DNA of 64,000 nucleotides from Ruditapes philippinarum (Eukaryota): NCBI RefSeq assembly GCF_026571515.1, contig NW_026854510.1, positions 62,001 to 126,000 of the forward strand, read 5' to 3'. Shown piece by piece: positions 1 to 13,566 of this stretch (position 1 is its first letter; each line of letters starts with the position of its first letter). The notes under the pieces were generated by a model. It saw only the letters and a program-made list of their open reading frames with translations, ran no database searches and was not told where the DNA came from. The position numbers and the translations under genes were made by a program.

Positions 1-1320
1 AGTTTGTGTTAATATTTACCTTTAATATTTATTTTATGCAACGTTTCTATCATGCAAACAGAATGAAGTGCATGTACTTGCACTAAGCATTTCAAATCTT
101 CTGTTTATACAATTTAATTCCAGTATTTTTAAAGCAACCTTTTTCTTTGGTCATAATGTTATCATGACACGAACCAAAAGGTACAACATATGTAAATTAC
201 TAACAGCAATGGCATATTTGTAATGATCAAACAAAATGCCAACCACCTGCAATTAAATATTTTCAATTCCATTGTTTTTTCATAACATGCAGCTTGATTA
301 GAGGGACTGACGAGAATCTTAGCCTTGTAATATGGGAAAAGTAGAAAAGTGAATTTAAAATTATTTCATTGTTTTATAACATCTTTATTAGATCTAAAAT
401 ATTTTACAAGACTTACATTGAAATGAAATCAAATTCTGAAATAAGGAACACATTAATCATTTATGATTAATCATTCACGGTATATCACATTAGGATATAA
501 ACAATACAAAAATTATCACAGTCATGTTATTGTGAAACTGTAAAAAGTTAAAAACTTTTGCCAAACGTTTACAGTATAGTAAAAGTTATAGACGATACAA
601 TATTTGATCAATACTTTTACATGTTACGTATGTACCTTTGAATATGTTTTTAAAGTACACATAGACATAGGTTTTATGTGTTGAAAAGGATGTGTCATTT
701 TGATTCTGCAAAAAGGAAGTCTACGTAGCGTTCATGCGTTAATATAAGATTAAAAAAAAATGTTAGCATTAATACCAATAGCTATTTTTCTAAAAGTCAT
801 TTTGTTAATTGTATATGGTAAAAAAATAAAAACATATATAATGTCTAGAAACAAAATTTCAAGAAATACTCTAAATCTAAAAAAGCTACTTAGTACTATG
901 TTTATCAGAGTGTTATAATGATAAAAAGCCAATCATTCAAGCAAAAGGTCATCCATTTTAGATATAATTACATTAGCATACTTTTAAAAAAAATGTTATG
1001 TGTGAATTCATTTAATGTATTATTACAATTATAATCTTAAGATTGAAAATACAATGAAAGCATCTTTATGCTCATATTACCAAATTTACTGAATCATCGG
1101 TTAATGTAATAAGACCAGGTAAAATCAAACTGTTTACAATATAAACTCTGATTTACTTCATTATATATTGATAGTGGGATAAACATCCTCATGTATCAAT
1201 TAATTAAAGATTGAACAAAACAATTATCTGAAAAGTCTTAAAAGTGATATATAGTTCTTGATAAATCGTGTTGACTTTATTAGCTGCAGACAAAAAATAA
1301 ACATGATAAATTACAAAGTA

Positions 1321-2272
1321 CAACTAGCAATGTGTCTGAAGGACACAGATGTCCCCGCTATATATGTTAGGATACCAAATTTATGATAAGACAAAGTAAA
1401 GTATTGTCAAATCATTGAATGTCACAATTGCTAACAAGGACTCATTATGCTTAACACATTTGCCCACTGCCTTTAAAATCTCGATTTTAGACTGGGGAAG
1501 ATTTTCTAGCCTTTAACTTTTAGGTGTGAAGTTTGGCCTAGAACCTAGGGGTATATGTGATGCAATTGACACACTATCTCGTCATGCTTAACAAATGCGC
1601 TAACATTTTAAAAATCCCTTTATCATGCAACACATGTGTACCTATTTACAAAAATATATTTCAAAATCCAGTGATGTATGCCAAGAATATTGGCTGGACA
1701 AGATTTTCAAACAGCTGAACTTTTACAACTAAGAGTGACTTTTACACATCGACTCCTCATGCTAAGTTAATTTATCATCCCCAGATTCAATTCAGTGTAA
1801 CCTTGACCTTGGAGGTACAACTATTGCTTTTAAAAGTCACATACCGTCTCAATATGATTTGTGCCAATTTGTTTCGAAATCTTTCGCTACATGACAGAGT
1901 TTCGGCCGGACACGATGTTCTGACTACTGACCTTTGACCTCTAAGTCTGACCTTTACATTGGAGCTAGTCTAGGTTATCCTCAAGTTACAAAGTTATTTT
2001 ACAATCCCCTGATACATGACAACGATAAGGGTCAAGCGAGATTTTCTCACTGTTGACCTTTGACCGTTTGACTTATGTGAATTATATCTTGAAGCTATGG
2101 TTCTAGGACTTGCAAATGATAAACCAATTCTGAAATTATCAAGCTACACAATTATGCTACGTTGTATGCATGACAGCATTCCTGGATGGACAAGGTTTTC
2201 GAACACGCACACAAAGACGGACAGGGTTAAACTATAGTTTCCCTTGCCATTATCATGACCGGAACATGTAAA
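1321..2272 (+). mobile_element. Degenerate Helentron-associated (HINE/pearl-like) non-autonomous element with decayed internal tandem repeats
   Basis: Starts CAACTAGCAATGTGTC...GACACAGATGTCCCC. Contains repeated TGACCTTTGACC / CCGGACA / AAATCCC motifs at roughly 140-170 bp spacing, then an ACAC/GACGGACA microsatellite remnant near 2203-2225. Layout matches the element at 3449-4173. Confidence 0.55.
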
Positions 2273-3448
2273 CTTTTATGAACAGATATCATGTTCAATA
2301 AATCCAAAAATATGCATAAAAGAATTATTGTTCTTGAAAAAGTTTCCTTTCTTTAAAAAGATCTATAAAGCTTTGAAGTTTCAATTTGATAAATCAAGTG
2401 CCTTTTTTCAGATTTGTTCCTGATAAAAAATGAAAAAAAATACTTTACACAGAGGGCTATCACTCAAAATCTATATATAAAAGTGTTATGGTGCGTTTCA
2501 TCTTTATAAGTTTAATCTGGCTGTAAAATTTCTTTTAACTTTTCGAATTATAGCCTGGACGCAAATTGAAAATGAAAACAGTGCAATAAATTTATACAAA
2601 AGTAAGCAATACACTGCATAGAATGTTTACAAAGAAAATCGTAATGAAAATACAACTGAGAATGATGATTATGTCTTGTTTTCTGATATTTTAATATTGC
2701 ATGTTTCCTATGCTCTGGATGGTTGTCCGACGAAACGGCCGGCCGGGCACTATCACAGATTATTTCCACTAGATTTTTGTGTTTTATCACATAATTTGCA
2801 TAGAATTTGACCACGTGATATACAAGTATCCCCTTTCCCTGTTGTCACAGATGGGACATCTTGAACTGTCAGTACTGAAGGGCACCTGAAAGGAAATTTA
2901 TTGAAATTAAATTAATCAATAATGCATAAATAACATGATAATACTTACGTTGCTCTCCGAAAGGCAAATTCAATAAATGAAGAAAAGCCTACAGGAAATT
3001 TGACATATTTTAAGAGTATCAAAAACATATAAAGAGGAGAAATGGGAATCATTGAGCTTGTTTTAAAACCTGCTTATTACAAAATCAAATAATCATATTG
3101 TCTTCTTTTTCTGCTTTTTATGCAGCTGATTTCCTGTCATCCGAATATACAACATTTTAGTAATTAGTGAAAAGTACTTTGTTTCAATTTCCTTATCTTT
3201 GCCATTTCTTCAAATACTCATCATTAAAGAATTGACATTGTCAGTCTCTTTATCCTCTACCAATTGTATAAATGTGGTGTGTGAGACTCTGCCCTTTAAC
3301 AGAAAGATTACTCGAAAACGACCCCTTTCCGTGATTGTATATAGGATATCATAATACATATTTTTAGATATTGTTAAAAAACGTTTTGAAAAAACAGTTT
3401 TACAGTTTTCATTCTGCTTATATATGATGTAACTATGACATAATGAAT

Positions 3449-4173
3449 CAAGAGCACCGCTATGCGGAGCATTATATGCCTGAAAGTGTTTTTTTAGTAA
3501 AGATGAAGCATTTGTAAGACATGGGACTAAAATAAAGTATTACCTCCTTCAAATAACAATCCTCCTTGAAGTTTCAATATTGTGGTCCAAATGGAACTTT
3601 AAGTTATGCCCCAGAAACTGTTTTCAATTCTAAGGTAAAAGTGACCTTGACCTTTGACCTTGTGACATCAAAATCATTAGGGGTCTTTTACCCAATATGG
3701 ACGATCATACTATGAAGTTTAAACACAGTAGGCCAAATGATACTTTAGTTATATTCTGAAAACTGTTTTCAGTTTTAAGGTAATAGTGACCTTGACCTTG
3801 TGACCCCAAAATCAATAGGGGTCTTCTACCCAATATGGACAATCATCCTATGAAGTTTGAATAGTGTGGGCTAAATGGAACTGGCCAAAAGGAACTTAAG
3901 TTATGCTCCGGAAACCAAATTGCTAACGTTTTCAGTTTTAAGGTCATAATGACCTTGACCTTTGACTTTATGACCCCAAAATCAATAGGAGTCTTCTACC
4001 CAATATGGACAATCGTCCTATGAAGTTTGAATATTGTGGGCCAAATGGAACTTATGTTATGCTACGGAAACCAAATTGCTAACGGACGGACGGACAGACG
4101 GACGGACGGACAGACGGACGGACACCAGGGGGTATAACATAATATGTCCGAAATTCTTTCGGGCATATAAAAA
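3449..4173 (+). mobile_element. HINE/pearl-like non-autonomous element with internal ~150-bp tandem repeats
   Basis: 5' CAAGAGCACCGC; three to four copies of a GTGACCTTGACC...CAAAATCAATAGGGGTCTTCTACCCAATATGGAC...CTATGAAGTTT unit; (ACGG/ACAG)n at 4082-4124; 3' hairpin ATATGTCCGAAA-TTC-TTTCGGGCATAT at 4142-4168 followed by an A-run. Confidence 0.8.
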
Positions 4174-6047
4174 GAATAAAATACCTGTAAAACCTTTTCC
4201 ACTTTCTTCAATTCTCCTCACTACACTACTCGCGCGGAAAGGAATTAGGTAGCACTCCACAGTTAATTTCAAGTTCCTGCCGTCAATGTCCTACAAGCAA
4301 TACGTCTAATAATTCTGATACCAAACTACACAACCTGGAAAAAGAAAACACATTTTGTTGAGAACATATATGACATAAGATTGCAAATCTACAAAGAAAT
4401 TATCCCATCTGCAATAGGCAGGCAGTCAAAAAATTTGCAATTCATTCCGTTGAAGCCCAAAATCTACAGTGGCCCGAGACCCAAAACAACACATTTAGAC
4501 CCTCTGGCAAAAAATATCTGCAAATATACAGGCTAAAGGAACACCGTCTCTGCTTTAGCAACTCCCTATACATGCAAAATATCACAAAGAAACTAGTCCT
4601 CAACCAGGTAGATTTTTTGCTACTGCTAAAAGTTTGTACCCCCCTGTAAAATGACTTCTTTTTACCGTGCATGCTGTATAAATGCAATGTTTACAAAAAA
4701 TGGCGGCCTTGACATTCATAATCAACAGCATGTGATTTCTGGCCATGTTTTCGAATTTGCCAATGATCATATTAGATGTCACAAAAACAAATTTTATGCT
4801 GAAAATGCATTTTAAAGACAACCAGTCATTTAAATCCACAATATTCACTATATCCAAGAAATCCTCCCTGGCCATTCGAAGCTGTGGCTTACATTACTGT
4901 GGTGTGCTACCTTAATAATTTGTATCATCACGAAGAGTTATCTATTGTGCGAAATATTTAAAGTCTTGTAAACACACAATTATTTGTATCGGTTTAAATA
5001 AAACTAACAAATACGAAATATAAATATCATGTCAAATATAAATTTCCTTGAACATAGCCTGTTACTTTTCTTAACAGTTATTTAATGACCATTATTGATT
5101 ATTTTTATAAATATTTGCCGACAAATAAAATGATAAAAACATCAACTAAAAAGCAACACATATAAGGGGGGTCAGTATACGTTTCCGTATATAATAACCA
5201 ACTTTATTTTTTTTAGACTGAATCCGTTGAGAGACATTATGTAAAGTAACTGCAAAAAGAATCTCATAAAATATATTTTTTTATTTATTACAGTAAACTA
5301 CTTATCTATGATTAAAACAGTCTATATCCCCCATTAAATACGGATATATGTACAATCATTGGTACTAACGTTTTATTCAAGCATTTGCTGATTTGCAATT
5401 GTGTTACTGATTTTTTAAAGTATACGTATATAAATAATGCAAAATTTTCCAGTTTTAGCAATATTTACCTGTTTTACCAGTATTTACATTTTTCAGCAAA
5501 CGGTACGGATTTTCAAAAAATTACATGTTTAAGCAGAAAATATTTCGGTTGTATAATGTGTTTAATATAATGTGTTTAATAAATGCCAACATTACTCTAA
5601 CCAGAACACGTATTTGTATCTCATGTACAAAAATTGTTTGGTAATATTCTTATATATTTTTTCGTTATATCTTTTAGTGTCGACTGCATTTTTTAATCTG
5701 CCAATTATTTTTTTCTGTCTCCAATTAGGTATTTTCAGATTTTCGTTTCACTAAGAGCATTTTCCGCATTATGTTACAAGTTTTCCGTTAAAGAAGCTTT
5801 CAGCGCCTAACTGTAAATGGTCGCCAAAACCATTTTATTTGTATAAGGAATTTGACAAGATTAAATACGTTTTATCATTAATGTATTTCTCTTCTAATGA
5901 CGTCTAATACGATTATCTGCCACGAGTCGAGACTGAAAATGAAGGACTAATTTATTTTAGAAGTGTTCCTTAAAAAAATGATTGATGGAATTAATTCTCC
6001 CTTGTTTAATTAAAGTCCAGATGTTGAATCCATGACGTTAAAGTAAT

Positions 6048-6054
6048 TATAAAA
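6048..6054 (+). promoter_or_regulatory. Candidate TATA box of the ASCL-like gene
   Basis: TATAAAA upstream of a putative non-coding exon ending at CAG|GTAAGA (6118/6119). The matching acceptor TTTTTCAG| (6388) lies 10 nt before the ATG at 6399. Confidence 0.45.
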
Positions 6055-6398
6055 GAAGCGTTAGTGTTACAAACGTCTTTATATCCGTGGATAACTGGAG
6101 ACTAACCATAAAAGTCAGGTAAGAAACGGCATTTTTTAAGCAGTCTAACTTGTTATATGTTCAAATATTTAAATATAATTATTATTGATAAAAATGAATA
6201 TATGGTCATTAAAGACAATAGATGCATGAATATTTAAATGTTTAATATGAAATGTGAAAATGCTGACATTCTTTTTAATGTATTGCATGTACTTTGGTTC
6301 CCTTTTCTATCAATTCATTATTTATTTCTATAAACAAAAGTTGATAATTGAAAAAGAATATGCCAACGTTTTGATAATATTTTTTCAGGGGAGCAGAA

Positions 6399-6989
6399 AT
6401 GTTTCTGGATGAAGATTCAGAACAATGTGAATACATTGTTGCGGGGAAATTTTCTTCTCCCTCGTGCAAAGAACTTGGAATACCACGTGATGATAAACAA
6501 ACATTAAACTGTAACCAGACTCGAGACTCATGTATAACCAGAAACACTGACGACATAAAGTACAATATTAATACAACTTTAAAACCGGATCCCTTTTCAC
6601 CGTTCTGTATGATTCCACTTCCGGCACCGTTCGGGTCAAGTCTATTTGATCCTACATGTATCAGACGACGAAATGAGCGCGAAAGGGAACGAGTAAGATG
6701 TGTAAACGATGGATATATTAGACTTAAAGAACATTTACCCATCAAAAATAAAAACAAACGAATAAGCAAAGTTGAGACTCTCCGTGGTGCCATACGTTAT
6801 ATAAAATATTTACAGACAGTACTAGGCGATGAAAGGGCCATGCAGGGTAACACCGTTTATGAATACTCTACATCAAATGATTCTGATGCTAGTAAACAAG
6901 ATCATTATTCTAGGAATGATGCAGACACAGACAGCGAGACAGACATGTCGTATTTGTCGTCTGATTCTACTGACGCTCTTTCAGACTGA
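6399..6989 (+). CDS. ASCL3/4/5-like: Achaete-scute family bHLH transcription factor, ASCL3/4/5 (ASC-b) type, single coding exon, 196 aa
   Basis: bHLH IRRRNERERERVRCVNDGYIRLKEHLP...KRISKVETLRGAIRYIKYLQTVL, preceded by the PAPFG...FDPTCI segment typical of this subfamily. Acidic Ser-rich C-terminus. Probable 5'UTR intron 6119-6388. Confidence 0.95.
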   Translation: MFLDEDSEQCEYIVAGKFSSPSCKELGIPRDDKQTLNCNQTRDSCITRNTDDIKYNINTTLKPDPFSPFCMIPLPAPFGSSLFDPTCIRRRNERERERVRCVNDGYIRLKEHLPIKNKNKRISKVETLRGAIRYIKYLQTVLGDERAMQGNTVYEYSTSNDSDASKQDHYSRNDADTDSETDMSYLSSDSTDALSD

Positions 6990-8939
6990 AGTCGCTTTCA
7001 GAGCTAAAACTAGAACTTCGTATACATTGTTTTCAAGAAACAATAATATTCTCAAGGAAAAAGGCTTGTTCTCGATAAAAAAATACATATGTATTGTACG
7101 TGACGGTCCAAAAATACCTATGCCCAGCCACTGTTTAATTTGTCTTATTATTTGTGAACACACTCTATGGTGAATGATTAATGGACTCAGACAAACGTTT
7201 TGGTTGATTGTGCATGTAGTTTATTTCATACTGAACAGACATATTAAATCTTTTAATCTTCGAAATACATGTACGTACGTATATGTGAATTAAACAAGGT
7301 GGAAATACCATAAGTTTAGAACAGCGAGAAATCAAACAGGAGATAGAGAAACAAATGAAATGTGTTATGTAAGGCCACATGATTTAAGATACGTGTTCTT
7401 TTGGTTTGAAACGATACATAATTGACGTAATTTGTACTAGAATTGTTTAATATGTTGTTGTGAGTTATCATCTATATAAACAGGTTGCCAACAAAGTTTA
7501 GTATCTAGTTTTTAACCTGATTTCTTGAGAAAGGCCAGAAAAAAAGAAGTTCAAATTAAACAATGGTTCAATGAAGAATTACGTTCACCTAAAACCTACA
7601 GTTTTGTTTTTATAAATCTATGTGATATTGAGTAATTAAGACAAACAGTATAAGAACAAAAAACAGATTTTTTTTCTAATATCTGATGTTTTAATTATAG
7701 AATAAGAGGATATTTACCGGTATTATATATAAATGGATATACTTATTTCTGACGAAAATTTATTTAAGAAAATCAAACACAATATGTAATACCCTGGACA
7801 AAAATTAAGATTCAATGATAAATGTTGAAAACTCTGAAACATCATACTTTATCAAGGTAGTTACACAGTAACGGGACAATTTTCAAAAAGTTGACGACCA
7901 GCTTTTTTTAAATGACAGCTTTTGTTTTGTACGACGCAATTCTGATTCCCATTGCAAATCTTAAGATATAAAGACCTATCTCGTATACAGTAGAAAATTA
8001 GTTATACTTAGATTTTCTAACAACAATAATTCTAAATGTATTCCGATTGTATAAATTCTTTGTAATATAAAAAATACTCGTCCCTATAATGTTAGTATAT
8101 GTTGCTTAAATTACAAAGGTGCTAGTTCTAATTTTGTTTCAATGTTCTTGAGGAAACTTATTGCCGGCTTTCTAATCTTACTGCTGAGGGCATACACTTT
8201 ATATTATGCTAAGAGCTGGTGTAAAGGAATTAAATTGTATCATCTCTTTTAACGAAATAACATTACAAATATCCTGCTGTTTACTGTCATTTTATATGAT
8301 AATGAATATATATTTCATTAACAAGGATCATGATTTAATTATATTTTAATGATCGCATGAAAACTTATACTTGTCCTCAAGCAAAAACTACGCACTTTTA
8401 TATTTGAACGTTATATAAATTTCAAAGTTATAAACTGTGACACTGAACGGTATTTTCAAGTAGAATATAAACAATGATAGATGTTATAAAATATGATAAA
8501 CTCATTAGAACTTTATGATTTACCCGGTCTGTTGACCTTATTTTAATGTAAACAGTTTTCGTCAATGAAAAACAAAGAGCAAGCAAATGATTCATAAATT
8601 AAATAATGTAGGACAGATGTCCTCGTGGATATAAGTCCTTAAGTGAAAGCCATTGTTCACAATTCTTCAGGGCAAAAAAAAAACGGCCTTTCGATCACAT
8701 CTACAGGATCGATTCATTTAAAACAGTTAGGAGCATTGTAAACAATTTTTGGGACATGATCATTTTCTTCAACTTGTTTCTATTGAAATTTAAAGGTGAT
8801 GATGAGGAATACGGTTAATTTAAAGCTAATATTTAGATTGCATTGATTCTCATATTGAGAAATTGTATGCATTGTACTTTAGACAAAAGACAGTAACATG
8901 TTTCGAGATACTTGCCATTTATTGCAGAGTATGACAAAT

Positions 8940-9128
8940 GAGCCGCGTCACGACAAAACCAACATAATGGGTTTGCGACCAGCATGGATCCAGACCAGCC
9001 TGCGCATCCGCACAGTCTGATCAGGATCCATGCTGTTCGCTTTCCAATCCTATTACAAGGATGCGCAGGCTGGTCTGGATCCATGCTGGTCGCAAACGCA
9101 CTATGTTTGTTTTGTCGTGACGCGGCTC
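8940..9128. mobile_element. MITE family A (GAG...CTC termini), internally deleted copy
   Basis: Long TIRs GAGCCGCGTCACGACAAAACCAACAT.../...TTTTGTCGTGACGCGGCTC; AAAT on both sides. Confidence 0.92.
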
Positions 9129-9262
9129 AAATATATCATATATGAAAGCTGCGCACATAGCTTTGGTTTTTGCCCTTAACCTAATTAAAATAGTTGTACA
9201 GAAATATAAAATTCCAATTTCCAAACAGTATAAAAACCACAAAAAATATTCACCGTGGTATA

Positions 9263-9586
9263 CGAAAGGCCGGTGGTGACATTTTAACTTCTTAAAATCT
9301 CGGTTTCAACTTCATGAATACATCTCTTCAACTCCACGGATTCAAGATTTCAGCTTCACGAATTTAACTTCATGACTTCAACCTTTGAACTTCGTGAATT
9401 CACGATTACAATTTGGAGAAGATGAAATCTTGAATTTGTGAAGTTAAAACCGTGAAGTTGAAAAATGAATTTATGAAGTTAAAATCGTAAATTGGTTGAA
9501 AACGTGAATTCACAAAAATAAAATCGTGAATTCACGAAGATGAAATCGGAAATTCATAAAGTTGAAATATTCCCACCGGTTCTTTG
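9263..9586. mobile_element. MITE-like element built from inverted arrays of a ~22-bp subrepeat
   Basis: Ends CGAAAGGCCGGTGG... and ...CCACCGGTTCTTTG. Left half repeats AACTTCA(C/T)GAATTCA; right half repeats the reverse complement (TGAATTTGTGAAGTT). Confidence 0.6.
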
Positions 9587-9721
9587 GATGTAATACGTTT
9601 GTTTTACTTGTTATTGACCTTTTTACTCATTAGGAGTATGTTGTATTTCATGTACCAAAGACTTTACATGTTCAACAGTTCAATGAACTTGGCAGTGTTA
9701 AATGGATATTGCTTTTTTTAA

Positions 9722-10013
9722 AGGAACTCCAGTGAAGTCCAAAAGGCTAAAACATTATAAACATAAACATGCTTTTAAAAATATAATCAGAATAAATTCA
9801 AATTCGTATTGTGTGCTGATTTAGCCCGATTTGTGTGAAAGCGTAGCAACGCTTTTCAATTTTGGATTTTTACGTTTTCATAACGGAGTGAGCGAATGAT
9901 GTGAAATGTTGCACAGAAGATATTGGTCTAGACCTACATCAAATGTAACATAAATCTCGGAAAAAACATTTCCAGTCTCGTCATGTCAAAAAAAAGAACT
10001 CAGTGGAGTCCCT
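9722..10013. mobile_element. MITE family B, TTAA-flanked (Kolobok-like)
   Basis: TIRs AGGAACTCCAGTGA / TCAGTGGAGTCCCT; flanks TTAA and TTAG. Internal sequence is homologous to 53986-54341 (GGTCTA.ACCTACATCAAAT, AACGCTTTTCA). Confidence 0.75.
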
Positions 10014-11003
10014 TTAGAATCATCTTACGAAATATTTTAGATTAACATGATAAAGGCTACGTTGTATAACCTTACTAAGATTCAGAAGCATAATATATTA
10101 CTCACGTTGGTTTTGCAATTTTTCAGGATGCCAAGACGCAAATGCATCCAAAAATGAATATATTTCCTGGTAAAACTCTCATATTTTTCTCGATCATACG
10201 TGTCAATGTAACTAGATATACTTCGATATGTTTCGCCTTTATGATAAAAAACAAACAAAATATTGGTATATTTATTGTATGTATTTATATATATATATAT
10301 ATATAAGTTAATATTTGTCAGCATATAACAAGTCCAGGATGGTCGAAATGATAGAATTCTCACTTTATAATGCAAACAATTTTATTTACTACATTCTAAA
10401 TAACGTGATAAAGTATGTAAGCAACAGTAACAACAATAGTATCCCTAAACGTTGTAAGAGATAGACAAGTGTATGCCAGTATGTTTCTATTAATGCATAT
10501 GTACAGACTTCTTACATATCTGAGTGTTCAGGAGAAATTTCCTTACGGTTAGAAATGGGTTGTAACACATACAAATTCATTTTCATTATTGATTTTATAA
10601 AAATTCAAGTATTTAACTGTATTGTTGTGAAAGGTGAATAAATCTATTCAGCTCTATTCAAAATACCAGTTTGTTTAAGTAAGAACGTCCATTTTAGTTC
10701 AAGCTCTAGACGGTAAAAAGACGAAAGTTCATAAACGTTACACATTTTAAAAGCATTTTGTTAAAATTAAGGTCAATTTGTTCTTCGACTCAATAACAAT
10801 CTGCATCGTCTCTATGTTATATACAAACAAGCAATGCACAGCAAAAATCTCCAACAATTTAATTTTGGAAATTGTTCTTCTTTGTTCAGGAAGCGGATTG
10901 GAAGAAAACTAATTTTAGGATTAGCATTTTCCTGTTATATATCTATTATCAATCAAAATGTATTGAAATAGAAGGGCTAGTATTGACAATCATTGCTTCA
11001 AAG

Positions 11004-13566
11004 TCAGCCATCCTCATCCCTGCTTTTGTTATTTACTGTGTTGTCAGTTACTACCCGAGTTGTCGATTCTGCCTTTATATCTAAACTTACAGAGGGTAAA
11101 GCGGTTGCTGTGACATTCATATTGTCTTCAATGTTCAATTCATCTGTTGTCGTAAACTCCTGATATTGTTGTTTATCAACACTGACATTTCCAGTTTCAT
11201 CACGTGGCTCGTCATCCTGGAAGATGTTGTTAGCACGATGGCCACTAGAACCAGCAATAACACACCGGAACGAGCAACATCTAAACTGACATGAATATCT
11301 GTCTCCCTTTTTATACTTGCAGTATGAATCTGTGTGACACTCCATCACTGGTCTGCAGTCGGTACAACTGAACATGGTAAAATCAAAACGCTTTGATCGT
11401 AGAAGATGAACCAATGAAAGGTGATTCCCGGGATCACGTGATTCAACAAGGCATTCTGATACCACTGAAAGATAAATTAACTTTTGATAAAATCCACAGT
11501 CCAAAATTTTTAATTATTCTTCGTAAACTTGCAGAATTGCAATGGTTTCTGGTTTGCAAGATATGTTAAATGAAGATGGTATATGTATGTTATAGAATAA
11601 GTCATAATTCATAGGACTTTTTATTTCTGTATTCATTAAATTATAGACATATCTGGTGATAAGCTATGTACTCTTTTCAAAGTTTCATATACAAAGAAAT
11701 AAGAAAAATAGATTATTAAGTTACTTCTCCCTCACACTCTCCCCCAACTCTCAGATCCAGTTTCTACCTTGCTTTTTTGCAGAGTGAGTACATACTTTGC
11801 GTAATCTTTATATATATAGAAAAATATTAGCATCCTATGTGGAAACAAACAAAACACAAAACAACATATATATCGTATGATCGTAAGTTCGGATTCTGCC
11901 TTTATAACGTTAATAACTAGAACTACTTTCAAGTACTTTGCAAATAATACTTCCTAAAACTGGGTCAATCTGATTTATGGTGGTTTTAAACAATTGACCT
12001 GATAATCGTAGTAGTACATTTATAGTAAATAAATGATCCGGTCATCAAGATTGCCACAATTTACGCCAGACAATGAACTGTATATCTTACCCCTCATTAT
12101 TTTTGCAATGCTTACATGCCATTTAGAGTTATTCTAACTGTTAATTCAAATGTACCGGTAGTATCTTTATATACATCGTATCATTGTATATACATGATAA
12201 AACATACATTTCTAAATATATATCTTTTAAAACAAAATAAATAGTAGTAATGCCATTCAATATGGAATTATAAGAGATGATCATGAGAAATTACATTAAA
12301 ATGTAACAGTTTATCTAAACTAAGCCTGGTGTTTAAATACTGTACAAGAAAAACAATTATTTTTAGCAAAACGTATATCAAAATATTTAAAAACAAAAAC
12401 AAAAAACGCACGTATAGCAACATCGGATTACATGCATTTCAGAAATTTCTGACATGATATAAAACATAAATTTATAAGGTAATAAAAGGATGTACTTAAA
12501 CATTTCACATCTATTGCAATATCTTATTATCCTTGTACCAACTGTACTATAAGCGAAACATTAAAGATTGTGATAAGAGATCACCCACGTATCTTAAACG
12601 CAACTTTGATCCTGAACAAACTTTTGATTACATTTCAATTGATTTTTTATTGTATTTTAATTGTTTCTTAGAGTTTATAATTGAATTCGAATTTCGTATG
12701 TCACTTATAACTTAAAGATGATTACTAGGTTTAAAATTAAATGAAATTTTTTATGCCAATATGTTTGCTAGAAATACGAATTTTGTTAATATACCTAAAT
12801 GAAACAATGAGGCGATTTTTACTGGACATATTTTATGCTGTTTGATATGTGTTGAAAAATATCCGCTTTTATTAAGAATTTATCTTTCATTCTTGTTGTC
12901 AAAAGTTAGCAGCACATTACTTTAAGAAATTTCTAAGTTTTCTAAATTGAATAATATGAAATAAATAAAGAAATAAATCTGAGAGAACTTTAAACATCGA
13001 CATTAAATATTTGATCGATTTATTGTTTGATTTTACTAGTAAAAAGTTAAACATTTTTTCAATTAAATAAAAAAATAAAAGGATTTTATTGCGGTTTTAA
13101 ATATAAAACGATTTTAGAAACAAAACAAGATACAGAAATTTTTACACGTCACAAAACATATGTTAAATTTTTACACAAACTTATTTCTTTTACCATAATT
13201 TTCAATATGCGGCGCAGATATCCATTTAGATCATAATAAATCTATTATAAATCACATACTAGTCCATATTCCTTTATTTAGAATAATTATTTAACATATT
13301 GTATTGCTTCGAAATACATTTAAAATAAATTTTAAACAAAGATCCTTCAACTAAAATGAAAATTAAAGATAATTCTTCTATGAAAACTATACAGCTTAAA
13401 TCGAGACGGCTAATTAATGAAAAAGCCCTATGACCATCAACCGTTAGATAGTCTCTTTTCATTTGTACTCCCTTAATTTGTAATTATTTCTCCCTGTTTT
13501 TTTTTAAATAATGTACCTACCGATATATGTAAGTAAAAGTTCCAATATCTGTATTGTTAACTTCAT
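11004..13566 (-). CDS. Secreted cysteine-rich peptide precursor, 2 exons (13566-13521, 11464-11004), 168 aa
   Basis: Exon 1 encodes MKLTIQILELLLTYI and ends at G|GTAGGT. Acceptor TTTCAG|TG gives a phase-1 join, total 507 nt. Product: signal peptide, short pro-segment, RSKR, then C-x2-C-x5-C-x5-C-x9-C-x3-CC-x3-C, then an acidic Thr/Asn-rich tail. Confidence 0.75.

Noticed and set aside
6275-6793. 172-aa minus-strand ORF
   Set aside because: Antisense to the bHLH coding exon with no recognisable motifs.
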